Origin: Nymphaea colorata
Lineage: Eukaryota
Assembly: GCF_008831285.2 (NCBI RefSeq)
Contig: NC_045138.2
Coordinates: 34,162,001-34,226,000 of the forward strand
DNA: 64,000 nt
Direction of reading: 5' to 3'
This document shows positions 14,619 through 27,687 of this stretch, piece after piece; the first letter of the stretch is position 1; each line of letters starts with the position of its first letter. The notes beneath the pieces were generated by a model. The model was given only the letters and a program-made list of their open reading frames with translations. It did no database searches and was not told where the DNA came from. The position numbers were made by a program, and so were the translations under genes.

Positions 14619-15895
14619 GAAAGGAAGGAGTAGGCGTTGACTTTATCCGCCTCTTTGTCATTCAACCAAAAAGGGGCAGTGAGGCGTGGCGTCAAACCAG
14701 CTGCACTTTTTTTTTTTTTTAATTTGAAAACAAAAAGAAGAGCCTCTGTTTCATTTGGGCGTAGAAGTTCAATGCATTTAACAATTCATTGGGTCGTCAG
14801 GTCGTAAGACTCCTGCTATTGACATCTGTTCACGACCAAGAAACGGAAATTTTTACTCGACTCACCATTTTGGGGCTTCTTCCTGCTTTTCATTTTCCTT
14901 TTGAGAAACAGGGCGCAGATAACACACAGGAAAAGCACAGACGGCACCAAGAAGGAAAGAGTAGTGACAACGATTCTGGACGAGCTTACAGCAGGCCCTG
15001 CATCATTCGCTGAACACAAGCTTAATAATTTCAGTAAGGCTCAGTACTGAACAACCAAGTGAAATACATAGAAGGAAGTAAATTTCATGGTAGTAAGAAC
15101 AGAACCAGAAGGCCGCGTTGTATGATTGGCAGGGTTCACTGGTGGTGGTGGTTGAGCAGATGTGCTGGAAGCTGAGCTTGGAAGGAGAGGGTTTGCGCCA
15201 TACCAAATGAAGCAGCTCGCAGACATCGCTGAAGATGAGAGCTTGTCCGTAATACACTGTGCAATATTGGAGATGGCCTTTGTTAAGCATAAATTGCAGG
15301 AGCTCAAATTCAGGTCTCCTGTGCATTGGGTTACACCGTATATCTTGATGACATCCGTGTATCCAATATAACTGGCAGAATACATGGCAGGAGATGAAGT
15401 GGTTAACCCTTTAAGAACATTGAAAAGCGACATGACAGAATTTCTGAATTTCTGAGGGGTGGAGACGCTTAAATTGCAGTAAGAAGGCAATCTATAGTTG
15501 GTGTCGATGACTCCAAAGAAATTCTGATCAGAGTAGCGCAATTCACATTTATAGAGCCATATGGTGGCAGATCTCTTTTGCGAGCAGTACTCGGTGATTA
15601 GGCTGGCAGCGCTGGAAGCACAGTCCTGGCAGGAGGCTCCAGTAACATCTCCTCGGCACTGAACGACGCCGTAGACTTGATCGGCCTCCCTTCCAGCGGT
15701 AGCCTTGTAGGATCCAGTGAAAGAAACGTTAGCAGCCAGGGAAGTGAACAACTGGTTGAGGTTATGCTCGAAGATGCTGTTAGAGGTGTAGGAGGCCGCA
15801 GAACTGTGGCAGTCGTAGTCGTATAGAGACTGGGCGTTGATCAGGTGAACCAGTGCTGGAAGAAGAAGAAATTCGAGCCCACCAATGGCGCCCAT
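11466..15895 (-). CDS. Cysteine-rich receptor-like kinase (CRK-B); ~660 aa, 7 exons
   Basis: Exons 15106-15895, 14866-15009, 13397-13518, 12655-12865, 12178-12418, 11891-12041, 11466-11789. 2xDUF26, TM ([24 protein letters not shown]), [16 protein letters not shown]; ends [13 protein letters not shown]. Confidence 0.92.
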
Positions 15896-18800
15896 CTTGA
15901 GAGCGTTGAAAATTCCAGAAGAGAAGACAGGACAGGAACACAATCACAGCTCCAAGGGCGATAGTTTATTCCACAGTCCAGACGACCACATCTCTGGTTT
16001 GAGTTATTGTCCCACGTGCATAGTTAGTGCGCGTACCTCTCTCTTCGTTGGACGAAATTAATGCTTCTGTTGTTTCGTGAATTAACCTGAAAAAGAAAAG
16101 GATTTGCACATCCTATCAGCAAGCTTTGCATGCATGTGATTTCCCTTTAAATTTTATGTTTTATCTGCAAGGCAGGAATCAGGGCATGGTCCTGTTTACT
16201 TAGAACAGGTTTTTTCTTCAGTAGTACTTCCAGAAAGTGAGACAAGGTTTGTGGTCCGGAGTGCTGTAATTTTGACATCCTGCCGCTGAAAGTTGTAGGT
16301 AAGTTAACTCTAATCTGTTTCTGAAGAACAGGAACTATATGGCCCACTGTGTTGATTGCATTCAAGCCCACGTATTTAGTTTACATTATACAAACAAGAG
16401 ACTTTCTGCTGATAAAGTCCCTTTATCAGGGTCTGGTTGTTGAATTTCTTGTGTCACACTTTGGGTTATACTTGTCCTTAGTTTCCTGTTGTCCGTATTG
16501 CATATAAATACAGATACAGGACAAAACCGACATCTGTCTCTGTTATGCCGGCTGGAATTGCTGGGGAGTTTTCGCCACAAAGTAAAATTTCTCTGATCCA
16601 GAGTGGTCTTTAACCATTTGTTCTTCTATCTCTTTCATTTTTCTGGTGAATGTTGTCACTTTGTAAGCATTTATGGAGGAAAATTGGTGAAAGATGATTA
16701 TCTTTGGTATATATGGAATTGGAGATAACTACGTGAGCGCAGGCACTAAATTGACCAAAATTAGCTTAATTTATGGTGAGCGTGGACCGGATTACTGATA
16801 CGCCCAACAATTATGGTTGAAAAAACTTTGCTTCCTGGACCTCAGTTACTGGTAAACGCAAGCAGCATGACCTCCAATTCTTTTAAAAGCTGATGTTATG
16901 GGAAATCATTTCAAAGTTGTTCTACTAATTTTGGTAAGCTGTTGTGAACATGGGTGATCTCATTCTTGTGGAGCGTGGAAATTTAGAAACCACTGCTTCT
17001 TCCAAGTGGGTACCTTCTTATGGGCTTCTTTACATGTGCATTCAGAAGATCGCTCTTCCAATAAAAATTTAAAATACTTAGGAGAGAATCTGACATCTAT
17101 TGTCTTCTAAGTTGGAACTATGTTCTTTATCCTCCATATAAAGTTGATGACTCCTTGTTATGCCCTTACAAGTTACATATTGGATTGGAGAGAGAAAGAG
17201 AGAAATGATAAAATGGGAATGAATTTTGAAGACAAGAAGTTTCCTTGCTACAATAACAAATCGCAAAAACATAGAAGGACGAAGACAACATAATGTTGCA
17301 GGGTCCGTTATGCCGTTAGGACTGCGTGACAGAACGAGAAACCCGCGGGAGCTCCTCCTTTTCCCACGGTTTCCCATTTCTCCGTCGAAAATATCTGCAT
17401 CATAGTTCGTGGCCCAAATCTCAGGTTGCGGGGGAGCTCTCTGGCGTTTAGCTTTATGCCGCCTATCGCCATTTCAAAGAGCAGTGGACAATGGCGAGCC
17501 CTCCGCCCTTTCCCCTCCGATCACCATTTCATAGAGCAGCGAATGGTTGCATTAACGCAAAGAATTTTCTTTAGCCATCTCTCAGCTTGGATTTTACTTA
17601 TATATGCCTCTTGTAAATTCTGTAAATGGATAAATAGTGAGCTCTAGGTCTGGACATTGTTCACATGAGATCATAGATTGGTGCTTGTTTGCAGCGCAGC
17701 CCAAAAGAGACACAGGCCTTTTCGTGTTTTCTCCGTACCTTCAGAAAAGGAAATAGACAAGAAAAGCAGATAAGATCCATACAGAAGAAAAGAGCAAGAC
17801 AAAAAATCAAAAGTAATACGGTTAAAGACAATCCTTTTCCCAAGAAACCTTTTCACGTTGAGATATCAAGAGCAGTCATCTGGATATCCAATAGCTATGT
17901 AATTGTGTCGAGATGGTTGCATCACCATTTCAAATTGTCCATGTGACATAGGTCATCATTGGAGGTAGTTGTACAAAAGACAATGGCTTGTTTACAAAAT
18001 ATGGTTCTCATTGTATGATTTACTGTTCTACAAAATTTACAACAGTTGTAAGTATTATCTGACTATCCAGCATTATCTGACCACTGAACTTGATATTATA
18101 TTTACAAATTTGCTGAAGGCAAATATTTGTTCTTTTCATATATTTGTGCACTCTGTTGAAGATAATCTTCAACATACTCTCCTGTGAAAATGAGCTTCTT
18201 GTTTTTTGAATTCTCAATACTTCATCACAAATGAAGAAAAGAAAAATTAATCTTAGTGCTTGAACTTCCCCTTCAAACTGACATATTTATGCTGTTTCCC
18301 CTGACAATTCTATGTAATTGATGCATTGGCTGTGAAACATGAGAAAATGATCCTTTTGAATGGTTGCTTTCTTGGTTTTTCTTGTATGTAAGTCCATCTC
18401 CTGTACTGTTATTTCAATTACTTGTATTAATTTGATATGTCTTTGCAGCTAAGGACAGAGGTGAAGAAAGAATTATATGCATTATTTTTAATAGGAGAGA
18501 TCATTTTGATCTCAATTGATGCTTTTCAAGTAAAGGAAGTCTATTCCAGGGACACAAGCAGTATAGACAGCTGTGTTTGTGGCACAAATGACTAATACAG
18601 ATATTTATTCTGGCGATTAAAATAAGCAATCCCACAAGTGATTCCAATGCTATCTAGAGTAGTAACCGTGGCGGCAAGAAAAAACACCAGCATAGACCTC
18701 AAATGACAGTCGAAGAAGGAAGACAAATACCAGCCCAAGATAATTAGAACAATATCTTTGGAAAAATAAAGCAAAATTAGATGATCTGCAGAACGAAGAA

Positions 18801-19200
18801 TAAATGGTCCGTGGCGACACATCGAAGTGATACGTCCCTGCAGTTGAAGGATAACTGGATTGTAACGACATAATGAGGAGATATGTCTGTCAACCATGAT
18901 GTACCTTTGGCAGTACCATGTGAAACTTACTAAAACAAAAAAAATTAAAGAAACAGGATTAAACATTCTCTTTTATTTTGTACTATTCAATATTGACTTG
19001 TATATTTATATGAATAATTACAGATAAAAAACAATTGCAACGTTTAAAATACAGTCATGATAATATTTCTTTGTTGAGGAAAAGGGATAATTATGGGGGG
19101 TAAGGGCCATTTTGTAGTACGATCATTCCTAACAACCTCCAAACTGTATTCCATAACAAAGCCTCCTAGCCTGCCGTCTTTCATAGAAGGCATGACAATG

Positions 19201-22200
19201 TTATCTGGCTTCTAACAAGGTGATGGTGTCGCTGGACGGGAGATCTGAGCGGGCGTTGGCTGGATCACTTGCAACACATGATCCAACAATTTCGTCAACG
19301 TCTGAACCCTTAGGTGCTCCCCCCGTGTTCCTCGCTGTAGAGAAGGCAGGTGGTGAGGGAGATGGGAGCTGCATAAATGGGCTGTCCAGCATGTGGACGA
19401 CCTTCGACATCTTCGGTCTGCTGGCTGCTTGCTCTTGTACGCAAAGCAGCCCAACTTGAATGTATCTCAGCACTTCAATGCGGTTGCTGTTGTTACTTTG
19501 ATCGACCATGACATGGCGATCCATCAGTTCAGATGCTCTCTCTTCGTTCCAAAGCCTCCATGCCTACACAAATCCGCCGGGTAAGGTTGCTTTAATAATG
19601 GTTAGTTGCCCATTCAAGAACTCACTTCTTTCCGCTGAAAATTTTCATGAAAATTTGTCTCCTTATATCTAGATGGAACATCTTTTCATGTCAACAGAAA
19701 TGCTCTCTCTCTCTCTCTCTGCTGTCTCTCCCTCAGATGGAGTGGATTTCAAACTTTAATTATCTAACTCTTACGAAGTTAGTTCCTGTTTGGACTTTCA
19801 TCATAGCACGAGTACTTTGTTTATAAACTTCTCCAAATGCTTTTGGGACCGCAAACGCGTCTCATGGAAATGTTAGGAAAAAAAAATTCACATGAAAGAA
19901 GAAGAAGAAGAATCCTCCCGCACTTACATAATTTGGAAGGTCCCGGTCCCCATCCGATTCCTCTGCAGAAGCATTTCTCCTACCACTGATAATCTCCAAA
20001 AGGAGAACTCCAAAGCTGAAAACATCTGCCTTTACTGAAATCTGCCCTTTCATGATGTACTCCGGCGCCATGTAACCACTGCAACAAAACATGCTCTACA
20101 ATATTGCAAGAATTTTCAACATCCATACAACATTCGTCACACCTGGTTTGTTCATCTGGCAAATTTAGCAAGAACGCAGACTTCGATTCTTTCGTAAACT
20201 GACCCATCCAATGCCTATGGAATGGTTTGACAGTAAAAACAGTGAAACTCATCAAGATAAGCGCTTGAATTTGCTTCTCAGTATTTTATCTTGCCTCTGG
20301 TGCCTAATAACTCTAAGCACATTGACTGCTGTCTTCTACAAATCCAGCTGATTGGGTAACTTAATACAAAATGTTCAAATTCATAACATTAAAAATCTGA
20401 AAATCTTCTATGTAAATCAGTTTTTATAATATTTTAAAATAATAATTTTAGCTCTCTCAGCTCATAAAACCTACCGAAACATCAATATTTTGGGATTTTC
20501 TTTTTATTTATGCTTTTTCACATCCATCCATATGGCTAAATTTGTAAAAAAACAGGTTAAAACATTGAGGTATATATATATATATATATATATAGTGAAT
20601 GTTTCCATGTACCGGATAATTACTGGACGACTAAAATTTAAAATTCATCGTTAAAAGGACTATAAATCATTGGTCAAGCTACTCTAAACAGTAGTCATTT
20701 TATACAGCGTGCTAAATATCGACTTAGAGATTGTTTTTTAGCAATAATTTTTAAAATTTTAAGCATCCAGCCTACCCAAATTGAATCAATTTGCTATTAG
20801 TTGGATTCAAATGGACTAATTGAGGTCGATTTTGATAACAATGTACAAAATATTTGGTAGGCGTAGAAGAAAGTGTAACTTACAAGGTTCCCGCAACTCT
20901 GGTTGTTATAGCATGTGTCTGGTCGTTGGCGAAGAGGGTGGCCATCCCGAAGTCCGAAATCTTTGGTTTCATTTGTTCATCCAATAGAATGTTGCTGGCT
21001 TTGAGATCCCTGTGGATGACCTTGAGTCGGGAATCCTCGTGAAGATAAAGAAGTCCCCTTGCCACTCCCATTATGATGTCCATTCTTGCGGGCCATCCCA
21101 GGAGAGCGCGTTTGGTTGGATTCCCTTTCACATGTACATAACAAAAGGAAAATCTTATTGTTTCCTGCTTTTATTTTATTTCTGATGATGTCTGTTTGGT
21201 CGATGAGTTTCTGGGGAAAGGCAGTGCATTGAGCAGAAAGGGTAACTTGAGATAGAAATCGTTATTTTAAAATAACCTCTTGCGGCCGCATCATCATCAT
21301 AAAGGTCTGGAGTGATAGCAGGTAAAATTCTTATGCAGATTTGGTAGCTTGTTTCATTTCAACTAAACTAACGAGCTTCATTATTGTTAGAGACAGGGAA
21401 AGAAAATGGAGAAAATATGCTTTTCGTGGGTTCTGATTCCTTAAATTAAAAGCAACTTCAAATTTCTGACCGACAGTCTGAAGTTTTTTGACAACTATGT
21501 AAGAGACGAAACCCCACTCACCAAAGATGAAGTTGTTTAAGCTTCCATTGGGGTGGTAGTCGTAAACGAGTAGCCTTTCATCTCCTTCCATGCAGCCGCC
21601 CAGAAGCGGAACAAGGTTATTGTGCTGAAGTTTTGCTACTAATTCCACCTCATTGTTAAACTCTCTTGCACCTTGACGGGAGCTCTTTGACAGTCTCTTC
21701 ACTGCAATCTCTTGGCCGTTTATCAATGTTCCCTGTTACCAACATCTCATGTATAGAAAAGATGTAATGCAAATAGTTGCCTCCGGATTCAATTGCTTGA
21801 AAGCCACACAAGCAAATCTAGCTTTTGAAGCAAGTGAAACTCCATGTGAAAGAACCAAAAATAGCTTTGCATTAATGTTGAGAATCTCTAGGTGGTCCAT
21901 AACCGATGGTCTTGGTTTCAAGTTTTCTTTAGACATCAATAAAAGAGTGGCGGTGCAGGTTGAAATGGGTTCGACTAGGCATTATTGAGGTCCGAAGCTG
22001 GTTTGTGTATCTACAGGGGTGTAATGCCCTTGATAAAGTGAAAAAGAAAAACGTTTGAAAGGACAAAATAAGAATTATGAAAACATAAAAAGATTAAAAT
22101 GTGCATAACTTACAAAAATAAAAAATAAAAATGCCACTGTCTTCTTCTTTCTTTTTGTTAGTGTATATTTGTTGCGTGCACATAGGTGTGCACGCAACAA

Positions 22201-24544
22201 CTCAATCTCATTGAGGTCAGTTTTGAGTTGGACTATTATTAATAGAGTTTAATAAAAAAATGACCCTGTGATGACTTCAGGATTTTGTAATGAATGTGAC
22301 GCATACTTTATTTACTAAATACAGGCTTTATCCCTCAAATCTTAAGTGACGGCTTTACTAAGGTATTCCACTAGATAACATGACACTTTTGACTTTGACC
22401 AAGCCAAAATGAGTTAATCTTCGTCCTTTCTTCTCATTTTTCTTTTTTTTTTTTTCCTGTTCTGACGCATCAGTTGTCTTGTTCCGTATTACCTAACCAT
22501 TTAAGAAAGAAAGAAAATTACTTGCGTCTTACTCATAATTATTATGAGCATAACATGCCACATATACAAATAAAATTAGTTAACCAATTATGATCCAACA
22601 AGAAATTAGAGTAACACAGAGATTGGTTTAGAACCAAACAAAGACACCCTATATGATTGCTTAAGTCGGGCCTATCTCCGCTTGTAGGTGTAAAAACAGT
22701 TGGTGCTTACCTTATAAACAGGACCGAATCCACCTTCTCCAAGTTTGTTTGCCAGAGAGAAGTCGCGGGTAGCAGCTCTGATGGTGCCAAAGTCGAACAT
22801 GATAGCTCTAGGCCTTTCTCTTTCTCTATCTTTTCCTTCTAATGCGCCTTCTTCAACTGCAATGAAGTGGAGACTGCTTGTCAATTTTTCTTCATCTATT
22901 AAAAACACAACGACCCCTCCGAAGAGAAAAAAAGAAAAATGCACACAGCGTAAGACTATAATATTCTTATGTGCAATAATCTCAATCATATGATTAGGTA
23001 ACCTTTGTTCTTGAAAACTACTTTTTAGTTGACGGAGAACATATCGGTGAGGTACGCACACTTCAGTTCTCATGTTCCATTGGAAATGTTTATATTGATT
23101 TAATTTCTTGACCATAATTAATCACCTTAAATACATCATAGATTCCTGTGCCTAAGAGGCTAGAAACTAATTAACGCCCTATTCTTAAAGCCCACATGCT
23201 AACCAGCAGTTGGAGCTCTCTTGCAAGTAATTTTGGTCAAGATGTTCTCGCCGGCAAAATTCCACTACCCAGATGCTAAATCCGTATATTTAAATGGATT
23301 TGGTTTTTTAAGAAATTACATATTAATTCTGATCTATGTTGAAAAAAGAATCATATAGGAGTAACATCATCTTGCAGCCTACCTCTGCTTTTCTTTGTGC
23401 AGCTTCCCCTCTTCAACCACCAGCAAACAGCACAAGTCAGGAGGTTAAGAAGCAAAAGGACACCTGAAACCGTGATTACTGTAACTACAACGGTCCCTTT
23501 GTTGCCTCTTTCACTGCCTGCATCCACCAACGGAAAGACGTTGGCCATTCAATCACTAATTAGCAAGGACAGATAGTTTACTATGAATATTGGCGAAGCA
23601 CAAAAAGGTAAATCAAATCGATGGGAGATAAAGAAGACAAGGGAGAAGTAAGAAAGAAGAATAGATCTCTTCCATTCTAAGCAGTTCCTTACATTCGTAA
23701 CCATAAAAATTTGAAAACGTTTGCCATGGTTACCGCTACCATGTATGACAGGACATGATGACCACTAACCTTTCGCTGATGAATTGTCAGGATTTTCAGG
23801 CGATATGACTATGGATTTGGAGTAGAAAAACGGGATATTGGTATCGAACCTTGCATTGCAACTTCCCTTGAGGACCTGACCACCCATCTTCCCGCTGCAG
23901 TAGACGGGGATAAGGGAGACGGCTTTTTCCAAACAAAACCTACAATCACTCATCGATACGTCTCTTGTACACTGCACCAGCCCATATATCTTCTGACTCA
24001 CCGACAACTCAATTTCTCCGGCAGCGAACATGAGCATGGAAGGATCAGTCGTCGTCATCTCAATTAAATTATTCATCAATGCGGTGAGCCCTTTATAGAA
24101 CAAAACTTCGTCATTGATTTTGCGGTCTATCCAACACCAATAGGCTTCATCCTCGTAATCCACCACACCAAAGAAATTCTCATTCGAGTAGCGTAGTTCA
24201 CAGTTTTCGTACCATATAACCCCTTGTTTGGCATTTGGGCACAGCCGGACCATCTCCATAGTTGAATTGGTGGTGCAAGTGCGACAGTTATCAGCAGAAA
24301 CGTCATTTCTGCACAGAACCATGCCATAAACTTGATCGGGAGTTCTGCCAAAACTCATGTTATAGAAGGTAGCTATCGAGGCATTGCCAGATAAGGAGAG
24401 AAAGAGGCTCCTCAGATTGCGCTCGAAAGTGCTGTTTGTAGTATAATTCAATCCGATCGGGCACGAATTGCCAATGAAATCATTTGAACTGAAAGCATGA
24501 ATCAGGAGGAGAAGAAAGATAGCAAACCTAAGCTTGAACTCCAT
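19201..24544 (-). CDS. Cysteine-rich receptor-like kinase (CRK-C); ~673 aa, 7 exons
   Basis: Exons 23770-24544, 23383-23517, 22711-22856, 21522-21732, 20884-21124, 19928-20078, 19201-19563. Signal peptide [15 protein letters not shown], 2xDUF26, TM, intact catalytic motifs. Confidence 0.92.
22169..22200. repeat. Perfect 14-bp inverted repeat with 4-nt loop in CRK-C intron 3
   Basis: TTGTTGCGTGCACA-TAGG-TGTGCACGCAACAA. Confidence 0.9.
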
Positions 24545-25765
24545 TTCACACCTTCTTCTTAGTGCTTGAGGACTAACTGATGAACCAACACATGGAGATG
24601 TTTCAATCTCCTTAGATTTAAGGAAGGGAAATCCTGCAGAAGGAGGTCCACGGGTTGTGAAACAACTCGTCGGTTTCAAGGAGGGACTTGGTCAAGAAAG
24701 ATCAATACTAAGACCAAGAACTCACAAGATGGAACCATTTAATCATTCATTTGACTGTAGGACAGAGACAGAAAGCAGGGGCATAACAGATAAATCAATA
24801 AACTTATGGCATCGACTGTTGGCATAAGAAAAAAATGATTGCATAGCATATAAAATAATTGAGCCAGGGAACAGATGACATGTTATATACTTAATTTATT
24901 TTGCTTCTTCAAGTATACTTAATTTATTTAGATCGACTCGCCTGGATTAAGTACTTATTACCTCCTGTAACTGATGAGTATTATGCATATTTTTGAGGGT
25001 GTGAAACTTTATCCAAGTTAGGTCGGGATAAAAATCAGACCCTTTAATTTTTTGTTAAAATGTTTTAAACAAAACAAAAACATCCTAATGTGTTCATAAA
25101 AACTAATTTGATACGAAACATGCTATGGTTTAAGTTATTTTTATGAAAGATGGGAATTTCTCCATCATCAAAATTTTGATGTTATATGAACCGTTCAATT
25201 TTACTTACTATAAAAATATGATTAAATAAAAAAGAATAACTTAACGTATGTTTGCCATCAGCTTATTGTTAAGATCATATGAGTAAGGTTAGATCACGAA
25301 AAACAGGTATTTTAGCAGTCTGATTTTTGTCCCCTGACTCAGTGGTCTGGGACCTACCAGTTACTCATTGCGAGTTATTTGGGTTGGTTCAAAGGGAAAA
25401 TATGTATCCTTTTACAAAAAATTTTGCTGTCACTGGGAGTGTGAGTGCGTGTGGTTGTGTTCCAAACGAATTAAAGCTTGGTATATAAGCGTCGCCGCGC
25501 TGCTTCTTCAACTCATGAATGAACTTAACATTGTGCTTGAAGACGTCGTCTGGAATTGGTCAATGTCCCTTGCAACGATGCAGTGGCTTCTCCACCTCGC
25601 ACACAGACCCGCAAATAATAAATTTGCTCCTGCCATGTTGCTGCTAACAATTTTATGTCTGCTTTGTGCTTGATTGTGTCAATTGAATCTTTGATTAAAA
25701 ATTGTTAACCAATACAAAAATCCATGCAATAGTAAAACAAAAGAAAAAAAAAGTGAACGAGTTGT

Positions 25766-26567
25766 TTATAGCAGAAAAATGACTTGATTTAAGGTGCAAA
25801 TTGTCAGGGTTGAATTTATCAAACACCATAAAATAATCATCAATTTGTTAGTTGTTTAATAAGTCAAGGACAAACTTGGTTACAGAATCATACAAGTAAT
25901 ATCCCCTTACTAAAACTAAATGAAAAAAAAAAAAAAAAAAGGAGGGGTGTGGATCCCATAAAAACCACAGCTAACCCTCATGAGAATCTAATAAGAGACA
26001 TGTGGATAACATGAAGTTAGTTACAGAGACAGAGTGAGTGAAAAAGAATATAAAGAAGTTTTGGACCGTCACATGATTTTCAAAGAACTTCGTCTATAGG
26101 TCAAGTGCATCACACTTTTAGAATGATCACGTGGAAGCGGTGTTAATAGTTACATACTTTGATGCTTTTAGTCGTTCTTCCTTGGCTTTCACACATGTTA
26201 TCGAAACATCGATTTTACGAACGCTTTGCAGGCCTTTTCAAGAATTAGACATAAAATGTAGGTTCTTCGACTGAAATTCGATTTAGCCCAATATGATGCA
26301 CGGAAAGGGCATCGGGATCCAAGTGGTAGATATAGAAATCAAGCCTCTATCTTATTAAATATTTAAATTAATAGAAAATGTGACGCATATAGTTTTTCTC
26401 TTTTACGAAAAGGGGTTATAGCAGCGAAAGGACTTGATTTAAGGTGCAAATTGTCGGTTGAATTTATCAATCACCATAAAATAATCATCAGTTTGTTAAT
26501 TGTTTATCAAGTCAAGGAAAAACCTTGGTTATTGAATCATACAAGCAAACGACATGCTAAAATTAAA
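25766..26567. repeat. Direct repeat pair of ~150 bp (25766-25920 and 26416-26567)
   Basis: Shared GACTTGATTTAAGGTGCAAATTGTC...GGTTGAATTTATCAA.CACCATAAAATAATCATCA.TTTGTTA.TTGTTTA...AAGTCAAGGA...GAATCATACAAG. Confidence 0.85.
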
Positions 26568-27687
26568 ACTATGGGCTTCCTGGGAGGTCCGTTGAAATTG
26601 GGATGTTGGGACTTTAACAAATTCTCGTGGTTTAAATTAGAGAAACAAATATTAATTTGCTAACAGAAAATATGTCTGCACAGGAAAGACATGGTTTGAA
26701 GTTTTATGCTTTATCTATTTCATTTTTATTCTAGTGGTAAAAAAAATACTGGGAAGCCAATGAAGCAGATGGTGGGAAAAAATGAATAAAGATATGTCCA
26801 AAAAACCAAGCGCGTAAAATGAAAATCGAGAAATTTACAAACACTCCCCCGTCCTTTTGTTCGTTTAAAATTTTGCGTTAGATTTATGGAACTCATCTTC
26901 GGGTTTTAGTTTCCGTGCCAATATCGTGTCCTGGTAATAACCATTTCTGAAACATTTAATCCAGCTCCTTATAAACGGTTGTCAACAAAATTGTGAATTC
27001 TATCCACAATAAAGGTATGAGTTAGCATTAAATCAGAAACATATAAAGTGGGTTTTTAGGATATCGAGGTGCTGTCCGATCGATATACATTACTATTTGC
27101 ACTATTGCATAACAGTATCGTATATATCATATGCTGAATTTGTACATAAATATATGCAATGTTTCTTTCAAACAAGTTTCTGACAGTATTCTTGTTGTAG
27201 GTTATCTGTTTAACATCCGGACGCTGGACTTTCTCTTTTATTTTCGACTTACACCCAATGACCTGGACGGCGCTTATGGATGATGAAGAAGGTCCGTTTA
27301 TCCTCGCAAGCTACAGATGAAGCGAAGAGGGGACCGCTCATCCCTTGCTTCGAATCATGCATTCTCAAAATGGGCTTCTACAGGGGAAGAGACCTTTAAC
27401 CAATATTAAGCTCGTTTTGTTCCTCACTTCCCGATCACATCACCCTCAAAATAATGTCTTTAATTACTTGTTCAAGGCTATACATAGTCAAGGGACTGAT
27501 ACAATTCCAAGAATGGGTGTAATGTTCTAGCTGTCGGCCATTGCACCAAACTAATGAAAAATTAATGTGGGCTCTAATAACATGAGACTAGCTAGTTTCA
27601 ATAGTATCCAGCTTCTAGTTTAATGATCGTTACAGCATTTTCAGGTGACGTGGTGGCATGTGTGCTATTGACATGGTGAGATGTGAG

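Noticed and set aside
23765..24679. Exon-1 ORFs read as standalone secreted DUF26 genes, or with long N-terminal extensions
   Set aside because: Each has a phase-1 donor and downstream TM/kinase exons; the extensions come from non-ATG starts or lie before the signal peptide.
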